From Tubulanus polymorphus (lineage: Eukaryota; Animalia; Nemertea), in contig NC_134035.1 of the NCBI RefSeq assembly GCF_964204645.1, forward strand, positions 12,432,451 to 12,496,450: a stretch of DNA of 64,000 nucleotides, read 5' to 3'. Under the pieces are notes generated by a model. That model made no database searches, was not told the DNA's origin, and saw nothing but the letters and a program-made list of their open reading frames with translations. The position numbers were made by a program, and so were the translations under genes. Positions within the stretch are counted from its first letter, which is position 1; each line of letters starts with the position of its first letter. Of this stretch, positions 1 through 14,455 are shown in pieces.

Positions 1-319
1 ATCTGCCAGTCGATGGATCTTTACCAATAATTAATCTAGTCTAGATTATTTTTGGTATAACCGACGACAAACCGCAGTGCAAAACGACAATTTCGAGATC
101 TACGTAAACGACCGTAAAAATGAATAAGTGAAAATCATTTATCAAATTACCCCTTAGAAATTACCCGATTGGTCTATGTACAATGTGTGCATATCTCTCT
201 ATTTGGTTTTAAATTAATGATCATTCATTCATTTGATCATTAATTTTTCGATGCGGTGGTTCAAATTCTGAATTTCAGTTCTTTCGTTTTCATTCTAACA
301 TCTATTTTCTCGTGTATAG

Positions 320-3300
320 TTTGACCCGAATGCGATGTTGATTGAGGAGAGAGTCGATTGGTTGAAAACTGATCCGAGCGTATTCAGAAATACGAACAAC
401 AGTTCTGTTTATTACAGTCTGTTGGATCCATATAGTAAGTATAAAAAATAACCCAGCTCATTTATCACTTCGATGAATTCACGTTGACGGCAAAATAATG
501 GCAATCCTCATCACCCAGTTTTAAAGTGTTAATCGATTTTTTTTTCAAATTCCATGCGGGAACTGCATCGAACTGGATCGAGATTGGCACCCGCCATACA
601 GCGGGCTGATGACGTGGTTTTTGTTTAATCCCCCTAATGATTCCCCGTATACACGCGCGTGTGTTGTGGCTCCTCTCGGTCCCAATTTGGATATGATACA
701 ACTACGAGGAGAGTTTTTTTAACACCCTCAATCCGCTAAGCGCCACGCAGGGTATTATAAGCGGGTTCGATGTTTCTTTTTCCCAATGGGGGAGAGACCA
801 GAGATGAATCTTCGACCAAATAAACTCTGTCGCCACGAGAAATGTTAATTTCACGTCAAGCCGTCAATATCCGATAGTAATTCTACTGACATATTCTACT
901 CGCGGGTTTAGTGACATATCGGCTCCTATTTCGTGGCGTGTAGAATGTTTTATGTGAGATTTAGAGATGGTTTAGAGATTATTGTGCGGGTGACGGATAT
1001 AAACCACTGACGTCGTGTCAGAGTCCGCGCAGCTCGCAGTGGTCGGTCGTAGGAAACGTTCGAACCACGGATCTCTGCGGGAAATCATCCATCATCCTAT
1101 TCTCAACAGTTCATCTTTTCCTCTATATTTCTGACGCCGTCAAAGCCGTTACAATAATGCTTTTGATACATTATTGATAACATGGATGCTTTATTTAAGC
1201 GATACTGCTAGTCCATGTGCGCTACGTCATCGATATAAGCGTTTCAAAAACAAACTCAATTACAATTGTATATTTTGGCATTCATTGACAGGCCTCTTAT
1301 TCTTTCGTGCCTTTTTAACAATAAACCTTTGAGCGGATGTGTAATCGATATTAGGGCTAGACTGGTTGCTGGTAATATCAATTCAATTAAAAATTGTTAT
1401 CGTCTTCCTTAAATGTTTATATTTTCTCTCTTTTTTCTTTCGCCGCTCGTATAGAAAATATGACGTCCGAAACGACGAAAATAGTCGAAGATTTATATTA
1501 CAATTTCGGTGATGCACAATTCAACAGCGTCGACAGTTACGATGAGATACCGCCATCTATTGCACCGATCGTAAACGATATTTTCAACAGTAGCTATGTT
1601 TATACCGATATTCAATTGAAAAGACCCCCTCCTACCTGTATACCTATGCCAGGTAGGTTCAGCGCCAAATCGTGTGCGAGTTTTAACTTATAGCTTAATC
1701 GTGGTGCGGTTTAGTATACTGGCCCAGAGTCTCTGATGTATAAGGACTAGAGCTCTGTACTATAGAACTTAAAGATAAAACGTATCAGATTTCAAGAAGT
1801 TTTCGGTGTAATTACTGCTTAGAATTTATCAATATGATAACACTTAAGTCAATGCTTAGATAAATATTTGCAAGTGAAAACTTTCCCTTACTCTTTGAAC
1901 TGTCATAGTTAATAAGAGTTTAGTTAGATACCGACTCACATCTGTGGAACGGTAGTCCAGGTAGATTTGATGATATTGAATCTCGAGATCGCTTCTCAGT
2001 TGAACTTAAAAAAACACAGTTATAGGAATTGTATAATGCTCGGCCACTTAATCGTGTATTCTGTTGTGTTTTTATCGATGATTAGGACCGTTCATGCCGT
2101 GTGATGATTTGATGGGTTGGTGGTCGTTACGTTGCGGCGTATGGATCGTGTTTCTATTAGCGGTGTTCGGTAACGGAGTTGTGCTATTCGTGCTCGTAAT
2201 GAGTAGGACTAAAATGGACGTGCCACGTTTTCTCATCTGCAACTTAGCCGTCGCTGATTTCATGATGGGTATATATCTAGGATTTCTAGCTATCGTCGAC
2301 GCGTCAACTTTAGGTAAATAGGTTTTTTATTCGAATCCTCGCCGGAAATTTGAATATCCTTTTTTTTCCTACATAAAGTGAACTCCCAATCCGCCACTGT
2401 TGGGATCAGAGTCTTGTAGGCAGATAATAAGCATCGACGATAAATAAACATCATTTTAATTGAGGCAATTTGGGTCCTGTTTTACAAGAAGAACTCCTAA
2501 ATCGATTTAACATAAACTGAATAAATGAAGAATTAGAATCGAGTTGGACGTTTTTGTGAACATAGGCCTAAAGAAGAACATCGCTCATGGTGGGTAATCG
2601 AGGGTTGACTTTTCTAGTTAATACATCATGATGTAGGAAAAATTACTATTATTCTAATAGTTGGCAGATTTAAGGTAAAACTCACGTGTGTTTCGTAGAT
2701 GGGCGAATCGCTGAATAATGAATGTGATTTTGCAGGAGAATTCCGGAAATACGCGATTAAATGGCAGCACAGTGCCGGATGTCTGGTCGCCGGATTTCTG
2801 GGGGTATTATCCAGTGAACTGTCCGTATTTACTCTGACTGTGATCACAGTTGAAAGATTCTACGCCATCACGCACGCCATGCATTTAAATAAACGGCTGT
2901 CGATTCGACACGCGAGTAAGTATCACACCCCCCTGAAAACGTGTACATTTCGGCATTCGTTTTTTTCATATAACGTAGTATTACGGGAATAGCATCTGTT
3001 CGTATGGCATCTATCACCGCGGAGGTAACTCGTAATTGGCTACCTCGGCGTGGCTACTTCATCCCAGATTATGCCCTTACTTTGAATACAACCTTCTAAT
3101 TTGCCTAGAACTACGGCTGGTAAAAGGTTATGCTATTTTCTCGGAAAGATTTCTGATATTAAAATGATTGAATTGAATTCTACTAAATGTTTCTTTCTAT
3201 TGGCGGCGATGATTTCTGAGAATTCGGTATTGTTAATTCCAGGTTATATTATGGCACTCGGATGGTGTCTAGCGCTGCTGTTGTCATCGTTACCTTTATT

Positions 3301-5682
3301 CGGAATAAGCGACTATAAAAAGTTTGCCGTCTGTTTGCCATTTGAGATCGGTAACAACATCAGTCTGGGTAAGTTGTCTATAGCTATAGGAAGGCTATGA
3401 ATTTTAACTCAGATCTTTAAGAACCCAAAACGCACTGATGAAATCTACCTTACCAAAGTATCATTGACCAGATATACCTGATCCCCGATAAACTTTGGTT
3501 CTAAATGTGAATGCCGTTCTTCCAATTTCTGATCATCCTCAATAGACTTGTGGCCATGACCTTATGTAAAGCCTTTCTGACATAAGACATTTCAACATAA
3601 GACATTTCAACATAAGACATCGTCTAGACTTCGCGCTAAATTTCCCAGTGTCATAAGGGATTAGTTTTCGAATTAATAACCGCTGAATATCTTCGTCTAT
3701 ATTTTACAGGTTACGTTTGTTTCATAATGTTTTTCAACACTGCTGCATTTATCATTATCGTAACGTGTTATATGAAAATGTACTGTTCCGTCCGTGGGTC
3801 TCAGGCCTGGAATTCCAACGATTCTCGCGTGGCTAAACGCATGGCGCTGCTCGTCTTCACCGACTTCCTCTGCTGGGCGCCGATCACTTTCTTTTCGCTC
3901 AGCGCCGCCTTCGGTTTGCATTTGATTTCGTTAAACGACGCTAAAGTGTTCACGATATTCATTCTACCGTTGAATAGTTGCGCGAATCCGTTTTTGTACG
4001 CGATATTTACTAAACAGTTTAAGAAGGACTGTATGGTGATCTGTAAACGCTTCGAAGAAACGACCGTCGCCAGGAACTTGTCCCGTCTGAGTCAACGCAG
4101 CCCTGCGTTCAGCTGGGGCTCGTCAGTCGGCATACGAAATTCAGGATTGCAAAGCTACCTCGACGTGCCGAAGCATGCCGATAGTATTTCCTACAGCGGC
4201 GAGGTGAATCTCGTTCATTACGGCGAACACGACGGTGCAGTTCGACAGGTCGGGTTCTATATACCCGGAGAAACACCTCCGAACAGTGACTCCAGCAGCG
4301 GAGTGGCCGCAGCGGCGAAAGGAGCCGTCGCCGTTAGACAGCAACATATGAAAAAGGTGCGCATCAAAGCTTTCAAATCGAAAAAGAAAAACAAAACGAA
4401 AAAGAAATGTACGCCGCGTAGGAATTCGTACGCGGCGGGTGGTGTAAGTCCAGTCGGGTGTAGTTCATCGACGGGTGACTCGGGTGCCAGCGCCAGTTCG
4501 CTCTTGCTGCAAATTCTACAAGCGAAACTCGCTTCGCAAAATAGCACGGACAGCAACAACGGTTTAGACGAGGCGGACGTGCGCGACGAACTGTTACAAC
4601 GATCTCGAGAACTACGACGCAGTTCCGAATCGTTCCTGAAGCGCTCGTCGCTGTCGGCGTCCGCGTGTTCGGGCGCCATGGCGGACGTCTCCGAGGACGG
4701 CATGCTCAGCGACTGTCCGAATAATAATCACGACTACGTCAACATCACCGAAGACATGTTGAAGCAAATGCGCGGATTTAACATCGCTTGTCCGTTCAGA
4801 AATCATCAAATTTCGAATTTTCCGACGGACTATATCCGTCTGAACAAAGCGGTGACGTCATCGTCGTGCGGCGGGAATTCCGGCTCGAATTTCCCCGATG
4901 ATTACGTCATTTTTTCGCCTAAGGAATGTTCGCCGGAATCGACGACGGATCCGTCGGTATTCACCGGCGTGTGTGTTAATATACCGTGTTTATTGAGCGA
5001 CGCGATCAAACACAGCGATAACGATAAGTCAAACATCGATTACTGCGATAATTCCGCCACTACAGACGATAGTGATCAGATCCTCCGCGACGCGGCGTCA
5101 CAATCGCCTCGGATGAACGGCCACGTGGTGGCGAACGGGCCGTTACATCTGTGCAACGCGCGGCGCGCCAATTTGAACAACAACGGTCAGAATTCGGATG
5201 ATCTGAACGAATCGGTTTCTTTGCTCGGACCTGATGTCTCTAGATATATATCTAAATCGTGTGATAATTCGCTAAATCTCGGTCGGGATGAGTCCGCGGA
5301 TCCGGCCGCCGGCACCGGAATCGTATCGTGCTCGTCGGAATGCGTCGGGCGACCCCGCAATATGAAATGTCAGCGCGATTCGGCTTGTAGCGTGTCGTTC
5401 GACAATATCAAAATGTGTCATCGTAAGAATAACGGCTGCGTCACGTCGGGTCGTTTGAGCCCGTTGTGTTTACATAACAGTAACACCGTCAATAAACAGT
5501 ATCAAAACGGTAACTTACCGTGTCAGTATAAAGCGTTAGGTCACGATCTGATCAAACATCTCTCCGATTCGTGCGTCCAAAGCTCGGAATCGAGCCAGCG
5601 CGAACTGCTCACCGCCAACATTCCCTGTTTGAAAAGTAAAAGCTGCGAAAGCGGATTCAATTCCGAAGAAACGGCTGTGTGA
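320..5682 (+). CDS. rk: Type-B leucine-rich-repeat GPCR (bursicon receptor, rickets/LGR2-like); 5'-partial, with the LRR exons upstream of the window
   Basis: Phase-consistent GT-AG exons 320-434, 1455-1652, 2086-2313, 2736-2915, 3243-3368, 3710-5682. Hinge end GPFMPCDDLMGWWSLRCGVW, KMDVPRFLICNLAVADF, SELSVFTLTVITVER, DYKKFAVCLPFE, RGSQAWNSNDSRVAKRMALLVFTDFLCWAP and NSCANPFLYAIFTKQFKKDC match rickets/LGR2-type receptors rather than type-A LGR1. The first exon (320-434) is the least certain. Confidence 0.9.
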
Positions 5683-7383
5683 CTTACTGTTTTACCTCAG
5701 AGACAAATCTCAACTAATCTAATCGCGCAATTATAGAAAAATTCGTTTCCGTATTCTTGTTTTTGTTTTTATCCGTAGACGTGGATATGAAAGACGACCC
5801 CTAGTGGTAAGCTGTTGAACTAAGGTGCTATATTATACGGAGCTGTGAAAAGTCCACGAAAAAAGCGATCACGTGAATGAAGCGTACACGAACATCACGA
5901 GGTTCATTTGAAAAACTGCTCTAAAACAATTGTCAAATAATGGATTAATTTGCATTGTTTGTTTTGTAGGTGAAGAGTTCTACTTCTGCAAGAGAATTTT
6001 CATCATCGTGTTATATTTCAGCCTTTCACTTTGTATTCTAAAATATGAAATATTGACGATATTTTGAGATTCCTTTGTACAAGATGGCGATGGTGAAGAA
6101 TAAAGAGAATCTAGGTATCTGCTGCTGCAGAATTGTTTTAATTTTCGCTACTTCCATTTAGGGTACCGTTCATTAACAACGTGTACGTCTGAAAACTATT
6201 GATCTTAACATGCATACGTTAAACTAAGTGACCAGTCCCCTTTGAGCTAGTTTCCGGAGTTCAGTTGCACGGGACAGCAGAGGCTTGCATTTAAAACCGG
6301 TCTAAGACCATAATCTAACAACTTAAAACTCTGGCGTTGACAGTTACGGCAACCTAAGTTCCGTAATCAATCAACAGACTAGTCTTTAAAGTGAAGATAA
6401 CTTTTGGACTTCAGTCACGACTGTGCAACTGGGCTCGCAGATCAGCCCGTAATAGTAGATTGGCGTTAGATATAGATATACCTTGTCAGTATAAGAGAAA
6501 TTGTGATTAGTTGTGATACATGAACTAAAGACGTCCGGGCGTCTCCATGATCAAAACATAAATGTATATATGGCTTTATTAAATATATTATTTATCTATT
6601 TATTTGATATGGGAATTGTTATGATTTGTTAATATAATCGATACTATTGATTATTGATGATTATTGATTGATTTATGAAATAAACGAACAATGTTGTGCC
6701 TAAAAATTTATATAGAAATATTCGTTGTTGACCTGCATATGGAACTATATGATAATAGATTATGTATTGAGTAATTTTTGTAATGAAAAGAAGTGTCAGA
6801 GAATGAAAACTGAAAATATGGAGAAAAATAAATGGCCAAATTATTGGTGGCTGAATACGTGTATTTCGTTGACTTCATTCAGTTGTATGTTTTAGATGTA
6901 AATCAGAAACCAACAGTTCTGCCGCAGTCCCGAGTACACAATCCTCGCTGCGTGACGAAACGTCGAAGAAAATATGCATATATCTATTGAAAATAAGTTG
7001 AGCCACAGCCGTCACGTAAAGATTTACCGAAACTCGAGTATATACAATAGAATCTTTTCTTTCACCCGTCACTCTGCAAAGTTTTCGAAGCCCAAATTCT
7101 AACATGATTTCATATCGTTATAGGTCGTTGCTAGACTATAGTAGTGGCTTTAGAACGCATACCAGCTGTTCGTCGATTTGGAGAGAATCCACACGAGTTC
7201 GAATGATATTAAAGATTGAAGACATTTTTTAGTATTGTGACTAAAAACGTACGTATTCATTTCAAGAACATTCATTACAAAATTTCGAAAAAATGCATAG
7301 ATTTATCATACGCTTAAGACTAGAGACAAACATGTTAAAGTCTGATCGTCGTGAGATTTTAAAGACCTCAACTGATAATCTTC

Positions 7384-10300
7384 CTATTCCTCGGATTGTA
7401 GTAGATTAGCTGAGACGCCTTCATTTCGGTCTATATTCGGTTGTTTGCATATAACTAATGCGCTATACTGATGCGTTTTCACTACAGCCAAAGGTTCGGT
7501 TCGGTTCACTCGGGAATCTTCGGTCGGATTCGGAGATCTTCGCGATTCGCTCGGTTGATGGATACAAACATCAGAAGCCGGTATCGACGCGTTACGCGAA
7601 TGTTTCTCGTCGCTTTCCCCGCAGCGATGGGTAGCGATGATCTGATACGGTTTTGGCGCTAGACTCATATTTTGGATTCCTTCTAGCGACGGTAAATCCT
7701 CACCAGCGGCCGAGAAATTAAACTGTTGTAGAAGGTTCGATGCAGCGATAAAAAGTTGCATTTTTGCCAACTGACTTCCGGGACAAAAGCGTGGACCTGA
7801 AAAATAATGAATGATTAAAGCTTTACTCGTTAGAACACAGGAGCGTTCATTTAAAATACAATGTGAATGCAACAATACAGTGCAATGAACATTTCAGATT
7901 TTGTTGAGAACGTGTATATTTTTAAAGTAACGTATAAGGCCTACCTAAAGAGAACGGTATGAAATGTGCCGACTTGATAATTTCCCCATTTTGAATCCAT
8001 CTATCAGGATTAAACTGTTTCGGTGACGACCAGAGCTCACTGTTCATATGAACCGCGTAGATATTTAGAAATACGATAGTTTCTTTCGGAATGAAATATC
8101 CCTTCAATGTCGTGTCTTCCGTGGTCGATCGCGGCGCTCCTAGCGGCGCTGTAGAGAGATAAACGGCAAATGACAATGTAAGGACTACCAGGCCTCTTAA
8201 ATCTAAAACGTGAAATGAAATTCGTTGGAAGTATTACCCACCTATATTGGCGTGACGTAGCGTCTCCAGAACAGTGGCTTGCGTGTATAACATACGGGAT
8301 TTATGATGTATTGATACAGACTGTTCGCGACCGACAACCTGGAATGAGAAATAAACCGTAGAACATCAGAATCTGCATAACCGAAACCCGTCCTTCAATA
8401 GTTTCAAAATGAAGTGGATGTATTGAATATCTAAGACAGAATGGGATTGTATAATGATATAGTAAAAAGTTCCTGTTATTTTTTTTAAATGTTGAAATAG
8501 GGGAAATATCTTGTTTCTTCTTTGTCGATGAGGTATCCTGTCTGGTGTGTCTCCTCCAATGCGAGGGGAAAAGACATCTTTTGATAATGTCATGTGTCGT
8601 GGTATTCAGAGTGTCGTGGTATTCAGACAGGGTTGATTGGGTCAAAACCAAAACCTTCTTACAGTATGCAGAGCGACTAGTTGGATCGGGTCTATCAGAA
8701 TGGATAATAATACTTACCTCGTCAATTTCCTGTTGACATCTTCTCATAACGTCTGGATATCTGACCAGATATAACAACAACCATCTCATAACGACCTGTG
8801 TACTCTCTACTGCTGCTAATAATATGTTATTCACACTGTGTTTGATCATTGCATCTGAATGGACAGAAATAGACACCCTTTTTTCAATTCTGGAGATTAC
8901 CGCCTGACCTGACCTTTAAACTCGTTAATTCACTTTCTATATTTGTACTATTTGTTCTTTAGTCGTCGAAGCATTTTGTCCGTTCGACCTTCGTCTAGCA
9001 TTTTAATGGATATAAAGACATTGTAGACGTTTTTAGAATTGCCCTTTTCCTCAGACACATTTCGTGACGTCTTATTTACCTGAGCAATATCCTTCGTGTT
9101 GTTTGTTTTGTCTACATTCTAATAATATACTGATGGCATCTTCGATTCGGTTCGGATTGAAATTTGACTTGTGATCGCTGAGAATGTCGTCCAAAATTGC
9201 GTCGATTTTTTCGATGGTTTTCTTCATTGCGCTCACCTGATATATCGATTGAGTGAAATATAGCGAAATTCAGTTCATCGTCGCAAAAACGTGAATGATT
9301 CAAAACTTTTTAGCTAGCCTAATCACGAAATATATTCGCTATATTCAGAAATATTCGCAAATCAAACCCGATGGAAAATTTGTTTGGAATGGCCATCCGT
9401 TCATAACTTACCGAAGAAGTTGGTTTTATCATTTTGAGAACGGGTAGAAAATTCTCCGATAATTCAACTCGTAGATTGTTCATATATTCGTACAGCAGTT
9501 CATTTAATTCATTGAACATCAGACCAGTAAAATCATACCTACAACAATATACACTTACACATATAAACATATTCATGTATACATTCTTTGCTTGGAATCG
9601 GGAACTATAGTAATATGTAGCCAAAATAAAGAAATCGCTTTTAATCTTCTGAACTTTTTATATTTCAAAATGTAATTTCTCATAAGACTGCAGAGACTAT
9701 CGACTCTATCCAAATCCTGTGATTCTAGATGAAGATGACTACCAGGGCGAACTTCGGTTATCGGAGTTATAGTCGAACTAAACGAAACCGAATGTCAGTT
9801 AGTCGAAACTTTGGTCCGAAATGGTCGACCACGGGATTGAGCGCGGTCGTTTAGTTCCGACCCATTTCCAAGATGGCCGATACTGTGAAATACGTTACGA
9901 CCGAACTATAGTGCGTTCGGTTGATAGTTCGACTAACTACAAAAACCGAAGTTTGTAGTCGAAACGTCGAACCAGCTCGTGGATATTTTTCGGACTGTAA
10001 TATTTCATTCTCGGTGTAGGATTATTATATATTATCTTTAAATCTCGGCTGTTTGGTTTTAAAAGCTTTTGATTTATCACGAAGCCCGAGTCTCTCCTCA
10101 GTGTGACGTAAAATCATCTTACCTGTTTCCGAATAACATGCGATAAAATGAACAGGAGAATAGTCGTTTACAGAACTGAGTCGGGTCGAACGGTTGTCTG
10201 TCCAATGATTTCATCTGTACGATCATATCGCGTAGGTCATTCATCAAAATGCTCTCAATTCTATCTTGATTTAACGCCGAGTGGCTGAACGCGATTTTCA

Positions 10301-11058
10301 GCACGTTTCGACTAGAATTTAAATGATCCGCGCCTAAATCTAAAAGGCAGATAAAAACAAGAGAAATTTAAAGCAAGTTGTATCGACGTATCGAATGTAA
10401 CGAATCGGTACTGATTAAAAGCCCAAGAGTTGTTGCTCACGAGAAAAAAATCAACTCGTGGTTGTTAACCGATAATGATTAATATAAAATTATTCAATCA
10501 ATAAATGCATTTGTCATCAATATGATAAGACATTGTTTGTCACGAGGATTCGAACCCAAAACTTTGGTGGCGGGGAGCTAACACTTCCGTAACCACTTCG
10601 CCAGTTCGTAACGTTACGAAACGACGTGTCTTATAACCCATAAATGAATTGCTTTCATATCATCGTGTGAATACGTTATAATTTTTACCTTTTCGTTTGT
10701 ACAGTTCCTGCCAAACTCTCATCGTTCGCGGTCGATCGCTGAATCGATCCGATTGGTGCACGATCGCTTCTTTGATGACGTCATACGAATTCAGAAACAC
10801 GACTAGTTGTTTACCGAAATAGAGCGATATGACGTCACCGTAACGTTCGCCTAAACTGTCGATGTATAGATACATATCGCGAGAGCGGCGTCCGACCGCG
10901 ACTAGGTTACCGAGTACGGGCCAAGCGAATGGTCCGGGAGGGTAGTTCTTACGACGGCGATCCTGCGTGTACCATACCGATAATATGATCGCTGTCAGTA
11001 GGATAGCGAACGATGCCGGTAGTAAACCTATCGCCAGTATCAAATCGGATACAATCAT
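7384..11058 (-). CDS. Cytochrome P450, CYP2 clan (~573 aa)
   Basis: Minus-strand exons 11058-10689, 10339-10123, 9538-9412, 9236-9080, 8854-8718, 8338-8242, 8148-7945, 7796-7384, all phase-consistent. N-terminal TM anchor plus PPGP-x-x-WP-x-LGN hinge, F-S-D-R-P, ExxR (ETLR), F-N-P-D-R-W (PERF-like), and heme ligand FSLGPRFCPG split across the last intron. Confidence 0.93.
9751..9950. mobile_element. Palindromic MITE-like element in a CYP intron
   Basis: Imperfect inverted arms acttcggtt...tagtcgaacta / tagttcgactaactac...aaccgaagt with internal inverted sub-repeats. Confidence 0.45.
10540..10604 (-). mobile_element. tRNA-derived SINE head fragment
   Basis: Minus strand shows A-box-like TGGCGAAGTGG and B-box GGTTCGAATCC at pol III spacing, but no complete cloverleaf. 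Confidence 0.45.
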
Positions 11059-14000
11059 CTCTCTCTCTCTACGAAAAATAAAATTGAAATAATTTTACTC
11101 TGATCGTTGATGAACAGCTACAAGTAGAGATATGAAAGTCCATACTTAGAATGAAAAATAAAGTACGAAATGTTTCCTTGAGTTAACAGTTTAAAATTCA
11201 ATGTTTCTACTATCATATATCCTAATAGTCATTTTCAGCAATACATAATGTTGACTTACGTTATGGTAAAATGGTTGAAATAAACCACTTTAAGGAAACA
11301 ATTCGAACTCTATTTTTTGTTCTCGTTGGCGGATTTATCACCGTTACACAACACCGAGTGCTTAGTCTCAAGTGATCGTCATTGATACTGTATATAAGAT
11401 GGAATATTCTACGTTGAAACATGAATTATAGACAGAATACTTGAAATTTCCTATAACATCACCCTACACATATCCGAAAAACACCCGACGCACATCCGAC
11501 GTCAAAGCAATTTTTCCCCTCCTGACTTTTAAAAAAGTATTCTAATTGTCTAATTGTGAGAACGTTTTCAGAATATTCGATACGTTTTAACATTGCCAGA
11601 ATAGTCATCGAAAAACATCTCATATTACGTTGAATTGCTTCTACGCGCGTCAAGTTTTACCAGGAATTCAAATTTCTATAGCAAATTGTTAAACGCATGT
11701 TCAATTTGTTCAAGCAAGCTTACCTTAATCGTAACGATAATCTCGGAGACAGATCGTGTGGATTGATGGTTGTTCTCTGAGTGACGAGTGTCGTTACTTC
11801 AACGCTGATCGACGAAACAACGTACAGTTTTATAGTCGACATTTTGTCTATGGAATTTGTCAAATTGATGGGGTCCCTAGAAATCCCAGGCCGTAATGAG
11901 TTCGACTGGCTGTAGCCCTGGTCACAGTTCCAGGGTGGTGCGTATCTGGACAACATCACCACCAGTTTTACACCTAGCGAGCAGACAGATACAATATGCC
12001 TGTGAAAAAAACTTGTCTCGACAAAAGATGATAAAATTCGAGATATACATTACGAGATTTTTGATCGTAATAATTTAGATTTTATTCTATTATCACGATA
12101 TAGGCCTACATGTTCTACATTGGACTCGAGTATGTTCAAAACCAACGTACTTTTTTCTATTCGCAGACAGTTCAAATTGCAGCGGATATCGAATATCGAA
12201 ATAAACTCAATAGATTTAGTTTCTAATCGTTAGAAAGGTAAGGTGTACGGATAGTGTCATATGTATGTCTATAGTGTATTGGCGTCTAGTGAACTCATCT
12301 AATCGATAGTACTCAGCGATTGCAATATGACGTCCAAGGACGGAGCTTACTAAAAAACATCATTATGCATGCCGCGTCAATGGTATAAAACACTCAAATG
12401 TATTCACATGATAGAAACTCAAATTGTGCAAATCTCCTGATTCAATCATTTTTTGTTTGTACGGCGCAAGTCTCTAGAACGGGCTGGCAAACAAACTATG
12501 ACGTCAAGTGCAAACCGTTCTCAGCTCTACATGATGATGGCTCTTGAAAAACAACACAAACAACAGATGAACGTTTCAATTTTCAAGATTATATTTTTCA
12601 AAATCAATGATATCGCTTAGATTTTATTTGTTCACGGACCGGTTTATTTCGAATGAACGTGAATTGTTCAAGTTATAACTGTTTGTAGAAAACGCGCAGA
12701 TGAAACATTCGGTATCGTCGGTTGAAGGTCGAAGACGAGCGGGTGGCATTATCGCTTTTCTGTCACATCTGCTTAACTCGTAGTAACTTCAAATAAATCC
12801 CATGTTGATACATATATGTATATATGTGTCGTGCCTGGATTGATTTCATAACTGTGATGAAAAAAATGACGCCCAGACTAAAATGTTGTTGTCGATAACC
12901 CGAATCCGTTGGGGAACGCGAGTGAAGAAAGACAGAATCCAGACCTGACTGGTGATATTTATAACAGGACTAGACTCGGCCGAGTGACATCTTTCTTTTC
13001 TTAGAATGTCGGGGCATTCGTTGTGCAAATAGACACACGTTTTGAATCCGAGCGACTGATGAAAAATGATTACATAATATTCACAACTAAAACCCGTAAT
13101 CTGAAGCAGACTCAGTACATTGATTCTGACAATTCCAGCACCAGTTCTGCGGTTTTGAGTTTTGCGTTTTGACTCCATATACTCATTAGATTTCAGTCAA
13201 AAGTTAGAATCAGTAAAAATCTCAGATCAAAGAAAAATCATAGCAAATCATGGTAAAACCTCAGCAAAATCATGGTAAAAACCTCAAACCAAATGTTAAT
13301 TCAATATTGGGTCCTTGAAGGGTCTCAGTATTTTGATAAGTTATTCACACTTGTTTACTAAACCAGAGAAAAATCGCTCGAATCTTCTGCATTGAGGTAA
13401 ACTTCAGTTAATGAAATGATATTGCATATTGCTAATAAGCAGCAAGTAGTCGGCTTTATCATGAACTCATGGCATTGTCAATTCTCACACAAGCACACAT
13501 GTATTATATTGAATATTTCAATATTTCGAGTACTGTAGATTTGACCAGTTCACATTTGATTTGTCATTGTACACAAATGCGTCAGTGTTAAGTGCTTGTT
13601 CGTTTGATAAACTGCGGCAGAAATGTTGAAAACGTGTAAACATTCGGAAAGTTCACTTTCATGTGTCTTATTCAAATACTTATTGTAAACTGTTGCGAGT
13701 GACAGTGCGTGTGTATATTGGCAATGCGCTGACACATTTGACCATTAATCCGTCATTTTCTGCAAGAATAAAGACGTCGTCTTAATAATATGCGGACAGC
13801 GCAGAATTCTCAACAAACCGCGTAGAAAAAGGTACGAATCGGTTATTACGACGTCTATAGTGATTGATGTTCGAAAATTCATTTTCGATTTTTAAGAAGT
13901 TGCGAAATAATGGCGATAAAACTAAGACATTGATGTAACAGCTTAACTTTGTCATAGTATAAGTTCAACATATAGAAATATAATAGTTGGCCTATGAATT

Positions 14001-14455
14001 ATAAGATTAATTGTTTTGGAATTTCGAGTTAAAAACACGAAATATATATATACACTAGTATTGTGGGGCACTGCGTTGTTTACATTTCTGCGCACTGGGT
14101 TCAAATTCACCCGCCGATTTTCACGCTCTTTCTATGAATGCCGTATTTAATGCACAATAGTTTCCCTAGCGTGGTCATTGTCGCTGCTTAATTAATGAAT
14201 TTCAACGTTTAACAATAACTGTGGCATTATAGCGCATGACATGAGAATCGTCTATCGCTGCGAGGCACATATATTTTTCTCTCGCGGTGCCGCCGTTTGG
14301 CAATGCGCTTAACTTCTAAATGTATTTCAATTAAAATCAAAGCTACAAGGTAGATAGATATGGATCGGTGCCAGAATATGCCTGAATTTTAACCTAGTGT
14401 GGTTTCATAAAATACGGTTCATTTATTTTAGAATATAGCCTATACCTGCCTAGTG

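Noticed and set aside
2086-4060. Calling the receptor an LH/FSH/TSH (type-A LGR1) receptor
   Set aside because: Diagnostic segments (GPFxPC, WWxLRCGVW, RGSQAWNxNDSR) fit the rickets/type-B subfamily better.
4141-4809. Antisense ORFs within the LGR last exon
   Set aside because: Shadow frames of a GC-rich coding exon.
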